This document shows, piece by piece, positions 13,901 through 26,935 of a stretch of 64,000 bases of DNA. Below the pieces are notes generated by a model. It searched no databases. It was not told the origin of the DNA and saw nothing but the letters and a program-made list of their open reading frames with translations. Within the stretch, counting starts at the first letter, position 1. The number at the start of each line of letters is the position of its first letter. Position numbers and translations under genes: made by a program. The DNA is from the human T2T-CHM13v2.0 reference genome, Homo sapiens. Location: the NCBI RefSeq assembly GCF_009914755.1, contig NC_060930.1; one strand, written 5' to 3'.

Positions 13901-15229
13901 TCTGGAAGGTGGCTGTGGAGTTTGCATGTGGGCCGGGAGCCATGGAGGAAGCACAGCAGGCATCAGCTGTCAGGGAGCTGAAGGAAAAAGAAAGTCCGGG
14001 GAATCAGGAGGAGGCCCACTGACAGCCCAGCTCCATCCCCGAGATCCCAGGTGTGAATGTTCCTTTTAAATATCACCACGGCGGTTACTCTCCTCAAACG
14101 TCCAGCATGGCCAGAAATGGCAGCAGAGGCACCCAGAGCAGGCACGTGGGGGAGGCAGTGTGTGGCCATCAGGCTGCATGTGGACGGGCCGCCCTTTCTC
14201 AGGGCTCTCAGATGCGCTTCCAGAGAGCAGGGTTTGTGTCGCCTGGGTGGTAGAGGATGCGGCCGGGAGCTGCCCTGCAGATGGAGCACGCTGGGAACGT
14301 TGGTCACGACACGGAGTCTCTGGGAGGTTGTGGAGGCCAGCGTGGGTCTGAGCCCGTGTCCGTGCCGCCACACAGGGCACGGGAGCCTGTTCAGTCTCCT
14401 CTTCTGAATACGAGGGCTTGCAGGAGGGACCAACACAAAATTCGTTTCCGGGCACACGGACGCCTGAGGTAAGAGGGCCGGGGTCGGGGAAGGCAAAGAG
14501 GAGCCGGTCCTGGGGCCAGTGTGGGGCCTCTGCTCTGAGGCGCTCTACCCCAGAAGGTGCCTGGCGCTGGGGAGCCACCCTCAGGGGCTCGGCCTTGGCC
14601 TGCAGAGAGGGGAGGGCAAGAACTGGTGTCAGCTCCCTCCTCCACTCAACCTCCTGGGTGTGGAAATGCACAGACACCTGGAGCCTCCGTGGGCACCACG
14701 CAGTTTTGGGTCGAGGGCTCTGCTCCAAGCACCCCGGGCATAAAGGCGGGCCTTGGCTCGGTCAAGAGTCCAGGCACGCACACTGGCATAAAACACTCCT
14801 CCGAAGGAATATGGAAATGTTCCATTTTACTTTGTTCAGGACTCCTAGGAAAATAAAACTTAGACATTTTGTATTTGAAAACATGACCTTCTAACTCTCC
14901 GCTATGCAGAAATGGGTTTGGGAAGAAACACATGAGCAGAAAGTCATTAAGCAGCTGCGTCTAGGAGGGCTGTCACCTTGCAGCCACCGAGAGGCTCCTC
15001 AGAGCACTCAGGACCACTGGGCGGGGTGAGCGGGCCCAGACTCTCCATCGGGATCCTTTCCCTGGGACTGGGAGCTGCCGCCTTTGCATTCTGGTCTCCC
15101 AGGGTCAGCACGACTGACGGCAGCACGGGGCACGTCTCCACACCGACCCCACCGTGACCTACCAGGGCCAGGGCTCCAAGTCCCCATGGAGTCACTGCTG
15201 GAATTAGGAGCAGCTAAAACCAACGGTGT

Positions 15230-15821
15230 TGTAAAAAGTAAAGTAGAGGTTCCCCTTCAAAGAGACTCTCCTCCCTGTCTTATTAGAAATAAACAGTAAC
15301 TTCTCTTAGAAGCAAAGCAAAATTTATCCAAAGACCTGTGCTGACATTCTTAAATATCTGCTAGCCGTAATAAATCAATGTACTTTATGCTCTTAGCTCC
15401 CACAATTTAGCCTAAATAGTTGCCCTGGCATGCTTACACTGGTCCAAGCGGGCATTAGGCCATAGCCTGTTTCTCTTCCTTATTTGAAGGTGTTTTTACC
15501 TTTCTCAGCATTCCACAAGTTACTTCCTCCTTCCTTTGTTCTCCGCTGCCTTTGCCTCTTTTAAAAAGTTCTAAGTTGCTAGGTAGTCGGGACAAATACA
15601 GAATGTGAGGTCCCATTCCATCCAATGGAAACCAGACACAGCAGTAGGGTGGACGCATCAGGTTATAAAAGACCCTGTCTCCTTTGTTCAGTGTACTCTC
15701 GTGGCAAAACTACTGGCGAGCGTACCCTTTCTGCACAAAGTAAAAATGGCCTTGCTGAATAAATTAAATTTATGTTCAAGTGCTATTTCTTTGCGGCACC
15801 GGAGAACAAGCATTTCCAACA
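15230..15821 (+). mobile_element. ERV1 solo LTR, LTR10 family (LTR10D/E-like)
   Basis: TG...CA ends (tgtaaaaagtaaagtagaggttcc...ttccaaca), 4-bp TSD gtgt, TATA-like ttataaaa at 15663, aataaa at 15758. Confidence 0.8.
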
Positions 15822-16554
15822 GTGTCCCCTGCGCCATATCTGGCCACACTTCCTCCTCCCTTCCTGGTGCTCATTCAGTCACTTGTTTGGAAAATGTTTA
15901 TTAGGACCTAGAGAACTGGCGGTGTGGTTCGCTGTTTCCTGTACCTCAGGTGTAGCCATTAAGAGAGTAATAAATCTGACTGCATGCATATCAACAGGTG
16001 AGGAAAACTGGTCACAAATAAAAGCACATCATCATTTTATTTTGGTAGAAACATACATGACGAAAATTTTGGAAGGACAATTTTGAGTGGTGGATATGTG
16101 TCACTTCTACTATCCTTGGATAGAGGAATTTTGGGTTATTTTTATCTTTTATTTTACACTTTCAATATTGATTATTACAAAACACGTGTATCTTTCATAT
16201 TTAGGAAAAATCAAGTAAATCTATTTCAACGTTTAAAATATATTGAAGCACTGCTCCATAAATATTATTTTAAGAAGAAAGTATTACTCCAGGTTCACGG
16301 AGAAGGAAAAAAAAAATCACAAGAAGGCTGTTTCCTGAGGCCTATTTACAAAACATTCACATTGATCAACTTTGGAAGTCAGGCTCTCAAAGGAAATGTG
16401 CACAGAGGTGCCCATGTCTGATATTCTTATCCTGTAGAGGAAAGGAAGTCAGCCCAAGCGGGTCTGAGGCTCACACACTGACCACGGAGGAAACCACACT
16501 CCGGGTTGCTTTGCCCATCGGCGGCAGGGCCGGACCTCAGGGCTCTCCTGACAC

Positions 16555-16727
16555 TGGCGTGTTCCAGTCCTGGCTGCATCTGAGAATCACCTGGAAACTT
16601 TAAAAACGCGGGTGCACGGTCCCGCGGGGCTTCTGATTCACTCAGCCTGGGGTGTGGCCTGGCCATCAGGACTTTAAAGCTCCCCAGGATGTTCTAAATA
16701 TCCTGCCAGGGCTGAGAGCCTCTGCAC
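16555..16727. mobile_element. MER5-type hAT DNA transposon relic
   Basis: ggctgcatctgagaatcacctgg...tctgattca...gggtgtggcctgg...agctccccagg...gctgagagcctctg pattern. Confidence 0.65.
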
Positions 16728-18228
16728 TTTATCATGCTTGCTCTCCAATCCCGGCTAACTGGCTCCTGGCCACAATCCCAGGTGAGCTGTGGTCAGACGC
16801 ATTTGTGCTGGAAGGCTTCGCAGCTTGGCTGGATGGGGGATGTCTGGTTTTGGCCCAATTTCTGCCAGATGATAGATGATCTCACTGCTTCACTTCAATC
16901 GTCTCTAAAATGGATCTGGACGTCTTTTAACCTTATGTCTTCCATCTGCAAACACAGTGAGTAACATCAGAGATGATCAATGCGAATACGGCCCCAAGAA
17001 ATTGCAAACAGCTCTCTAATATCGCTAATACCTTTTACTATTATGCAGTCAAGATTAACCCAATGCTGGGCAGATTAAAATTATGTTCTTAGTTGGAGCC
17101 TCTAGGTGAAAACCTCGTCTTAGTAAAACTGTACTTACAGTCAAATTCCACTGACACTCAAAGCGTTACTATTATTTTCATTTTTATCTTAAAAATTATT
17201 TGCAGATTCACTGGCTCTCCTTGAATCTCTCAGTGTTTTGCAACTCCATTTTAATCTCTTTTCAAGGTTCTGACAAATGCCATGACAAATGAGAAAAGAG
17301 TGTTGCATTTAAACAAAAAGTTTAGCAAGAGGAGAGGCCGTGACACTGGAGATGGAGGAGGCACTCCAGTTCAGTTGTGAGCAGTCCTGTCCGGATTCCT
17401 TCCTGTCCGGATTCCTTCCTGTCCAGATTCCTTCCCTGGCAGAAATCAAACTTGCCATGAGCTGTGAGTAGTCCTGTTTGGATTCCTTCCGTGGCAGAAA
17501 TCAAACTTGCCATGCATTTGTTCCTTCTATCCTCTCTCTTTGAATTTCAAAGAAGAACTGGAAAAACAGTAATTATTCAAGATTTTAAACTGTAATGCAG
17601 TGAAATACTCCTTTCCTCAGGATAGCAGGGTCTTTCCTGGAGGCAGGAATGTGCGACATCCTTTGGAAAAAGTTCTCTTATTCACGGTGTTTCGCAAACC
17701 TGGCAATGTGTTCAAGTCAGCCGGGGGCTTCAGGAGGGAGAATTTCCCAAGAAGAAGGTCACTTCTGGACTCGCTTTCTGGGACATCAACGGACTCACAG
17801 AGAATCCGAAAATCAGAGAATCCGTGGCAGGGGAAGGCAGAGGTTGCCTGTTCCTTTACTTAGAAGGAGCTGAAGGCCTTTGTGAGGACAGGTCCATCCA
17901 GGAAGCTCCTTTGGGGAAACCAAGCAGAAAGGAGGCCTCAGGAAATTCCCTGAGACACAGACTGTAAGTATCCACCCCCCACCCCAGGCTCCTTATTTTG
18001 GTCCTCTCCCTGCTTACATACCAATTACAATGCCTAGGTCAGGACCAAAACACAGGAGAAGGTAACAGCAGTAATGGACATAGGAGTGAGGCCACCTGGC
18101 CAAGTGTGATCTTGCTTCCAGGACCGTCGAATGCACACACAGCCAAACGGATGTGAGACCACACAGCTTATCCTGCCGCCTGCCTTCTGCAGCTGTGTTT
18201 CTCAGCTTTCCTCCCACCCCAGGATTCA

Positions 18229-18811
<583 letters not shown>

Positions 18812-19304
18812 GGAACGGAAGGCTCAGGTCAGTGCTGTGCTAGGCTCTTCAAATACTTGCTCTGGTATTTAAATTAAAACAATGTATCTAGTTGAGCTTC
18901 TTGTTTACATTTTTTTTTAAAGACAGGAAGATGCTTCCATTTTCCCACAGTTAATTGATTCTATCACCTACTAAAAGTAGGAAAGAGCTCTGGATGGAAA
19001 AGCCCCTTCCATCCCGACAGATGCTGAACACCAATCCACAGCTGCTTTCCAGCCCCAGGGAGAAATCCCACGTGGGCCTCGTGTGGTGCGTGCACACAAA
19101 ACACAAGACGCACACGCTCACCAGCAGGTCATCCACGTGACGTTTACATTTCATGCTGTACCTGACGCTGCGTCCCTACAACATAAAATCACAGTGTGTT
19201 GCTTATAGACCTGAACCCTCAATATAATGTCACATCCGACTGTACACAATGTTTCTATGATGAATACGTTTTCGGTGCAATGAGAAAATGAACAATCAGC
19301 ACAA

Positions 19305-19901
19305 GTGTGAGCTGTGTCTTAGAGTTACTTTATTGGTAACATACAATGCTGTTTCTTTTTATTGTTACAATAAAATGAACCCATAAACTCTGTGCTATAG
19401 TGCCCAGGAGCTGACAGACAGGAGAGGGGCTGTGACTGCCTCATTAAGAATTCATGAGAAGATTTGCCCGGAGCTGGGGAGGCCTGGCCGGCCTCCCTCT
19501 CCCGCGCTTGTTCCTGAATTAAAGTGTTCACGTGGCAGGGCCCGCTTTGGACAGCATCACCACTGCCACCAGGGGGCACCCTCGGCTCACGCTGAGCCCG
19601 GCCCTCCTGCCCGCGGTCGGGCTGGGACCGTCCTCTGGGCCTGCATCCGGCCTGGGACCCTTCTCCTTGTCTGTGCCCGGGCTGGAACCCTCCTCTGGGT
19701 CTGCGTCCAGGCTGGGACCCTCCTCCTTGTCCGCGCCCGGGCTGGGACCCTCCACTGGGATGCAGAAAGAGTCCTGGGACGAGTGGACGTGCACAGAGGT
19801 CTCCACAACTCCCTGCAAGCTCGGTTACACCCAACCTCAAATCATCTTCTCTCCACCACGCTAGAGCCAACCACGCCTCCCGAGGAGCAGGTGCCTCCTC
19901 T
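19305..19901 (-). pseudogene. Putative terminal exon of the minus-strand locus
   Basis: Acceptor ccactcag| at 19902; minus-strand AATAAA at 19358-19363 and 19329-19334; contains a 30-bp repeat. Confidence 0.45.
19329..19375. terminator. Cluster of poly(A) signals on both strands
   Basis: AATAAA on - at 19329-19334 and 19358-19363, on + at 19369-19374. Confidence 0.45.
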
Positions 19902-20854
19902 CTGAGTGGCCGGAGAGACCCGGATGTGATGTCAGCGGCGCAGCAGGCGAGAAAAGCGGGGAAGGGCGTGGGGTCAATCGGCTGACGGCAGGAGCCCGGG
20001 GGGATCTTTCCAAGGCGTCTTGGCGAGTCCAGGCTGGGCCCTGGATGTCGTGGCCGCAGGGTCGGGGTGTGGTTCCCCGGGAGCGGCAGAGCTTGTGTCC
20101 CCGCTTTGTCCCCTCAGGTTGGTGGGCACGTGGCACCCCAGGATACACAGGACTGTGTGATTTAGAAAAACACCACGCGGACGAATTGTTATTTTGCAAA
20201 CCTGGCTTGTAATGAATGCTTTGATCAGAAAATGCAAGGCTGCCTGACCCCCTTTCTGTCATCTTTGAAAGAAGGAGGCAGAAGCCACGATCTGACCAGC
20301 ACAGGAGCCCAGCCTGGAAAGTCAGGAGAGATGAGGCTGCCGGCCAGATGCACGTGTTTATGAAACAGCCTAGGCAGGATTTGGGGAGCGAGGGCCCTGC
20401 CTTTTCCCCTACATCACTTGCCCTTAACCATTCTCATGTTAGCTTTGGAGCCAGCTACATTTCCACGAGGCTCGCTCTAAAGTAACACCAACTTTTTAAG
20501 CGGCAAATGTTTGAAGGTGCCCACCAGCATGTTCCTCACTGTGAAATGCCTCGTTTGATCCCGCAGGGTCAGAGGTGAGAGCTGCTGGGGACCTATTTGT
20601 TGCCATCACTGATCAGACTAATTTAAAAAGAAATGACTGCTTGAGCCTCACGTGACCAGCCTGAGACGAACTGATCTTAGGAAAAGCTGCACACCTCCTG
20701 TGGCCACGACTGATGATGGGAATAAATTCGTTTCCAGAGCTTGACAGGAAAATCACCTCCCTTCAGAAAATGACTAACAGTGTTTTGTGTTTGATACCAC
20801 CTTTTAGCTTGTCCCTCAGGTCTGATTTAACCTGCGGGTAGAGTTGATTCTAGT

Positions 20855-21045
20855 CATCTTGCCATGTCTCCTCGTCCTACAAGGACACCAGCCATTGGAT
20901 GAGGGCTGGCCCTAACCCAGGATGACCTCATCTGAATTGCAGTACATCTGTAAAGAGTCTATTCCAAGGAAGTTCATGTTCATAGGTGCTGAGGGGAGGG
21001 ATGGGACACCTCTTTCTAGGGGACACAATTGAACCCATAGCCAGT
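20855..21045 (-). mobile_element. MaLR MLT1 LTR fragment
   Basis: aaggacaccagccattggat...gatgacctcatct...ggggacacaattgaacccatag typical of reversed MLT1. Confidence 0.7.
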
Positions 21046-21474
21046 GGTCCGGCTGCATGGACAGGGAGGCCGCCGAGGTGCCTCCTGTCCCCCGTGCAGA
21101 AGGTCACGGACTTGCAGGAGTGGCTCTCCCACCATTAGACGGTGCTGCAGCCTCAGGGACGGGCCCCCCAGTGCTCCTCCCTCCTCAGAGGGGAAACTGA
21201 TCCCGGGACCTGCACTTCTCAGGGACGTGGTGCTGTTCCCATGCTCTGTACTCTGATTCTGAAAAGACCCGCCCAGGACGCCGTGGCCTGGTGATCCTGG
21301 CCTCCACATGCAGTTCCCCGGAGGGCTGGGAGGGGATGTTGGGAGAAGTGAGGAATGATCATGGCTGTTCAGGTGCCTTTGGGAGGAACCTTGGTTAGAC
21401 ACCCAGGACCCAAGCTGGCGAAAACGGCCGGAGGCACTGGAGCCAGGCGTCAGAGGTCAGGCCCAGCAGCACCA

Positions 21475-21740
21475 GGTGTACATGCACATGCACACTGGCC
21501 CAGGCACATGTAGCCACGCCCATGTACATGCACACACACACATGAATGCCTACGCATGTGTGCAGCATGCACCCCCATCACAGGCCAGGCCCATGTACAC
21601 GCACACACACAAAAACACCCACATATATGTGTGCAGCACTCACCCACATCACAGGCTGGGCCCATGTACATGCCCACACACATGAACGCCCACACATATG
21701 TGTGCAGCATGTACCCACATCCCGGGCTGGGCCATGGCCA
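21475..21740. repeat. CA-rich ~71-bp tandem repeat, ~3 copies
   Basis: gcccatgtaca...tgtgtgcagca...catc recurs at ~21518, ~21589, ~21660. Confidence 0.75.
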
Positions 21741-24700
21741 GGCGTGTGGCCTTCCAGCTCAGGGCTGCCCCTGGGGTCTTTGTCTCATGGTGAGGCAGCG
21801 TCTGGGCTTTCCCCCTCAAACCCAGGGCTGGCGCCATGACCCATTCTGTGTGGCCGCCTGTCTCTTTCTCAAAAGAGTGGTCTCATGGAAGGTCTTAGAG
21901 CTGACACCTGGGTGAGGATAACAAAGCCTCATTCACCGGGCTGTGCTCATTTTATGGCCAATGTTTGGTTCCCTTGAAGACCCAGGCTACTTTGATGTGA
22001 ACGTTTGCTCCTTCAGAAGTCAATGTTGTTGATTTGGAGCAACGGTTCCCCTAACCGAGCTGAGACCTTCCGTAGAACTCCGCAGGGGCAGCTCTTCCTA
22101 ATCGCCTTTTATTGCTTTATAGGTGCCTGTAGCTTGGATAAGCTGGGGCACAGCAGGCCGTTATTGATAAGGACATTTCATACCTAACAAGGGCCAGGTG
22201 ACATTTCCTCGTGGCTGCCCGTAGGGATGTGGGCTCAGATGTGAACCGAATGGAGAGAAAGAGACGATTGTGAAGGGAAAGGAAAACAAACGGCCACCTG
22301 CCCTGCATCCATGAAAGAACACCTGTGTTGACTTAGCCCGCGATGAGAATTCGCTTTCCAACCAATACGGTGTTTTATTTACCTAGAAAGACCCGTATCT
22401 GCAGTTCTCCCTTTTCATCAGAAAACTGACAGCATCAAAAGGAGATAACTCCTTTTTTCTTTTAATTGAAGAAGGTGGAAGAAAGTAACTCTTTCAAGGG
22501 AAATGGCCCGAGCTGTGGGTCAGGCTCAGACGTGGGCGCTGCGGTCAAGCTGTGGTGTTTCCATCCATTTGCTGCAGGCCCAAGCCTGGGTAGGGTTCAT
22601 CCTCCCTGGAGACAGAGGTGGGAGATGTGCTTTGCTGTCCTCTCTGGCTGAAGTCACCAGGGCAGAACTGCACTTCTGTGGCCGGCGTAAGTCACACTGA
22701 GAGTCAGTGTGACCCCCATGCCTGCCTCTGTTGCCCGGGTCCTGTCCCTGGCACCTCCGGAGGCCCCTTCTTCACCTTTGTGATGCAGGCTCTCCCCAGG
22801 GTCTCTACAGCCCACAGGCCCCAAGCTTCTTCCACCAATGAGTGTGCAGAATTTGGTGGCAAAATAATCATTCTCCTTATTTTTATTATGTACTCTTCAA
22901 GCAAATGTGGTACATTGAAGAATGGGAATGACAGATCCCTTCCATGCTTCTAAACTCTCTCTGATGGTCAGTTTGGAGAACGTTTTACGGTAGATACAGT
23001 TTAAGTAGTTTTTTCCCATGCAATTATTAAAGACAAGGAATAGAACATGGTGTTGCTTTTTCCAGAAGTAAGAGAGGTGCTGATAAAGGTATCAAGCCAA
23101 GGTGTCCTCCAGGGAAGGAGAAGGAGCTGGGGTTCAATGCCCAAATCCCAGGGCTTAAACTGCTGGCTGAGGTGGGTGTCCAGGCTGGATGCCACAGTAG
23201 GGGAGGCTGAGGCCAGGCCTGGCCAGCTGCTCAGCCTCTGTGTTCCATGCTGTGATTTCCAGCAATCCAGGAGCGGTGGGGATGGATGCTCCAGAGCTGA
23301 GGATTCTTGGCTCAACCCAGGGACCCAGACCCTCCCATGGTCCCAGTCTCAGGACCCCATGAATGACCAGCCAGCAGACACAGGCTCAGGTGAAACTCAA
23401 CTCACTTCCTCCCACCAGCTCCCGCCATCCCTCTTCTGCCACTGGCTGCACGTAGCCTCCCGGGGGGCTGGCTCAGGTCCAGCCCAGCGGCCATCCACAC
23501 AGCCGGCGGGTACAGCTCCTCGGAGCCTGGGAAGGACAGAGCCCGCGAGGCACCTGGGTCGCAAGTGCGAAGTGGACTCCTTTTCCCTTTTCTGGACGAC
23601 ACAAGGGAGGGATATTGTTGGAAGGGACCCTTCCTTCCAGAGTCTGCTGCCAGCTGAGGGCACCCTGCCTTCCCGGCTCCTCCTCGCCGAGGCTGGGCTG
23701 GAGGAAGCCCTGTTTGCAGCTTCCCTGTGGTGGCTGCGGTCAGTGTCTCTTGTTTGAGGGATCTCGGGCAGATCTCACTCTGACCCAGGGTGAGAACAGA
23801 CACCAGGCTCAGCTATGGCACCTCTGGTTTTGGAAGCTGAGTCCTCCTAGCCAGCTGCTGAAACATGTGAACTCCACTCCACGGCTGCCCAGGGCAGTGG
23901 CATTTGCACTGTGTCCCCTGAGCGCTGGGGTTTTGCAGACGTGACCTAGGGCGGGGTGCTTGACAGCAGGTACCCCCGGTCCCTCAGCCCCTTCTCCCCC
24001 GTCAGCCCTGCTCTTCTCATTTCATTTGTTGGGGTTTCAAAGAATGATGTTTGCAAAAAGGTTCTGATGCCAAGAAACCGCGAGCCCCGGTGGCTAGGGA
24101 TCTTGGATCACCACCTCTATGGACGCTGCAAGCCTGGTGCCTCCCCAACAGAGTCATGGCATGATGGCCTACCCCAGACCCATTGTCAGGCCAGCCCAGC
24201 AACCGTTCCCCTGGGACAGGGAGTGGGCCTTGGACCTGCCTCCAGCCTGCCCTCCATCAAAGTGACTCTCCATGGAGAAGCCACAGGTCCCTGGGGCAGG
24301 TTACAGTGCATGGGTGTGGGGGCAGATGGGTGGATTTGAGTCTCATTTCTGTCACTATTTAGCTTTGGAAACTTAATCACCACATGTGATCCAAATGTCT
24401 TATCTGTAAGATGAACATAATAATGACGACTTGATACAATTGTGCCAATTAAAGAAAGCAGTGTTCTCGGATACCTCACAGGTGCCTGGAGAGTGATCCC
24501 TGTTGGCTGCCACACTGCCTGCAGCCTCTGATGGGAACCCGTGGCCCTGCCTCGGTCCTACGTTCTCCCGGATTAGACCAGCCCCTAAAAGTCTCTGCCT
24601 TTCCCCTCACAGGGCCTTTGTTCCCCCTGCCTCTTCAGCCCCATCTTGCCTCTTGTTTTTGTTTGGGAATGAGCTCCTGTGGACATCCTGAGGCTGATGT

Positions 24701-24815
24701 GGACAGGGAAATCTGGGAGATAGAAATCCATGGCTCTTTTCTTTTCAGCAATATAGTCAGCTGTGTCTAAGGAAAATTTATTATGATAGAAAATTTTAAA
24801 AATATGGTCTAAAAC

Positions 24816-25108
24816 AGGCTGGGTGTGTTGGCTCACACCTGTAATTTCAGCACTTTGGGAGGCCAAGGTGGGAAGATTGCTTGAGGCTAGGAGTTTGAGA
24901 CCAGCCTGGGCAACAAAGTGAGATCCCATCTCTAAAAAATAGAAACATTAGCTGGGCATGGTGGCACACACCTGTAACCCAGCTACCTGAGAGGCCGAGG
25001 TAAGAAGATTGCTCAAGGCTGGGAGTTTGAGGCTGCAGTGAGCTGTGACGGTGCCGCTGCACTCCAGGCTGGGCAACAGAGCGAGGTCCTGTCAAAAAAA
25101 AAAAAAAG
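24816..25108 (+). mobile_element. Alu (AluJ-like)
   Basis: J-type features (gattgcttgagg, gaggctgcagtgagctgtga); TSD-like ctaaaacag on both sides. Confidence 0.93.
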
Positions 25109-25930
25109 TCCTAAAACAGCAGCCGTGGGTATTATTTTGAGCCTGAGTGAGAGAAGGCATGAGAAAGCCCAACTATAGACAAGGAATATCAGTGCCAAGG
25201 TAAACGCTAGGGTATTCCGCCCACATACTCAGTTAGGAACTGGGGTTCTTATTTGAAAATGGCCCATGGATATTTAGTAATAAGACGCAGTTGCGAATCT
25301 GGTTTTGTATCTTAAAAGCCGGGACAGCCGTGTTTAATTTTGAATTACCTTTTAAAATTGTAAAAGAGGAATTGTTCTGGGGTGATGTGATACAGACGAG
25401 AACCAGGTGCAGCTGGGCCTCCCCCACTCACCTGGCCTTTCCTCTCAGCCTTTGTGGCATGGTTGGTCCCCGCTGCTGTGCGGCTCTGCTCTTAGCGAGG
25501 TAACTCAATATGAGAATTAATTACCCTGTATTTTAATAGCCACATCGAATCAAAGGTTGGGTACCAGCTCTAGACTCTTGGCCCATCTGTCTCTAGAAGC
25601 AGGTCAATATGATGGAATAATTTTTTAAAATGGTTTTCCCTTAAAAATCTCTCTCCATATGTCTGTTTGTAAACATCTTAAATTTATCAACATAATGGTG
25701 TCCACACATTTGATAAGTTAGAATATCTAAGCTAATATATCTTTTTTCCAGGGCCTCATAAAATCTGATGTTTGTAATCTTCCTGTAGTTAAAATGTAAA
25801 AATAAAAGCCTGAGACTGCGGAGAGGGCCCTGTCCCAGACGCACATGGCTAAATGCGTTTTTAAAGTACAGGCATCTCTTGGGGGCTTTTGGTTTGGTTT
25901 GATTTTGGTTTGGGGTTTGCATTTTCATAC

Positions 25931-26935
25931 CACAAGATGCTAAGTGATCTGTTGATTCAGTAAAGTATGTATTTAATTTCCAAAGAGGGCTCTGCGAAGG
26001 CTGGCGTCGTGAAGCAGCCAGGACGTAGAGCTGAATGAAGGGCCAAGACCCTCACCGCCCCCCACTTCCTGGAGGGCCCCACCTGGTGATGGTGGAGAAG
26101 CCCAGTGCCAACTCCAGGGATTCCCCAGCACCGCCCGGAGTGACACTGGCAGCCTTTCTTGCGTTCCCTTTAAGGGAGCTGCTGGAACCTGCATCCTGGC
26201 GACAGTGCTGGGCGTGGCAGACAGGCCGGGTTCAGGACTGGCTCATTCCCGTGGCAACATGGTCATCACTCGAATTTTTCTTGTGGGCATTTTCTGTTCT
26301 TCCACCAGCCTCCGGCTGTGAATGTAAGTGGAAGAAATCAGTGAGTGTTTAAATCTGATGTTGGCATTTCCACTCTTCCCGGCCTCTTCCAGGCCTGGAA
26401 TTCACCACCGTGATGACCTCCAGGCCAGGTCACCTCTCCCTGACTTCTGATATCCACACAGCCTTGGGCGGAGCTCAGAAAAAACCTGCTAGTTCTGAAT
26501 TCTGCGCTCTGGGAACCTCAGTGTCTCTGCGGTTCTTGCCCCTGAGAATTCCTTATCTGTGGTCTGCACTCTCCCCCTGCCCATGCAGCTGGGAAGGCTG
26601 ACATTGATAGAATGGTCTCCAGGCACCCCTGGCCTTGGAGGTGGGGTCGTCCCCGAAAGACAGTTCTGACGCAGGCCGTGTGGCCACGTGCTTCTTGCAG
26701 ATGGAGCTGTGTGGGCGAGCTCCTCCCAGCTGCACAGTTTGATGGATAGATCCTTCCGATTTCCTCTTCTACTTGAGTTAAACACCTACTCATATTCAAC
26801 TGGCCAGAGCTGCCAAGTCCCACTGGGACGCGGTGAGTCCAACAATCTCCCGCACAGTCCTCCTGTTCCGGCTCTGATACCGGCTGACGCCTGAGCTCGG
26901 GCGGCCAGGCCCCCGGGACCTCTCTTTTCTCCTGG
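25931..26935 (-). pseudogene. Putative large (~1 kb) exon with disrupted frame
   Basis: Acceptor tgtctcttgcttcag|, donor TGTG|gtatga; long partial frames (QEKREVPGAWPPELRRQPVSEPEQEDC...; ...WKLNTYFTESTDHLASC) broken by stops/frameshifts. Confidence 0.45.

Noticed and set aside
22989-23061. Extra minus-strand exon KKQHHVLFLVFNNCMGKNYLNCIY
   Set aside because: Acceptor ends TGG and donor (gtaaaa) is weak, and phases do not fit neighbours; left out of the model though not excluded.
23047-23757. 236-aa ORF (also 227 aa at 59569-60252 and 220 aa at 14066-14728)
   Set aside because: GC-rich sequence with overlapping ORFs on both strands, no recognisable domain or supporting splice structure.
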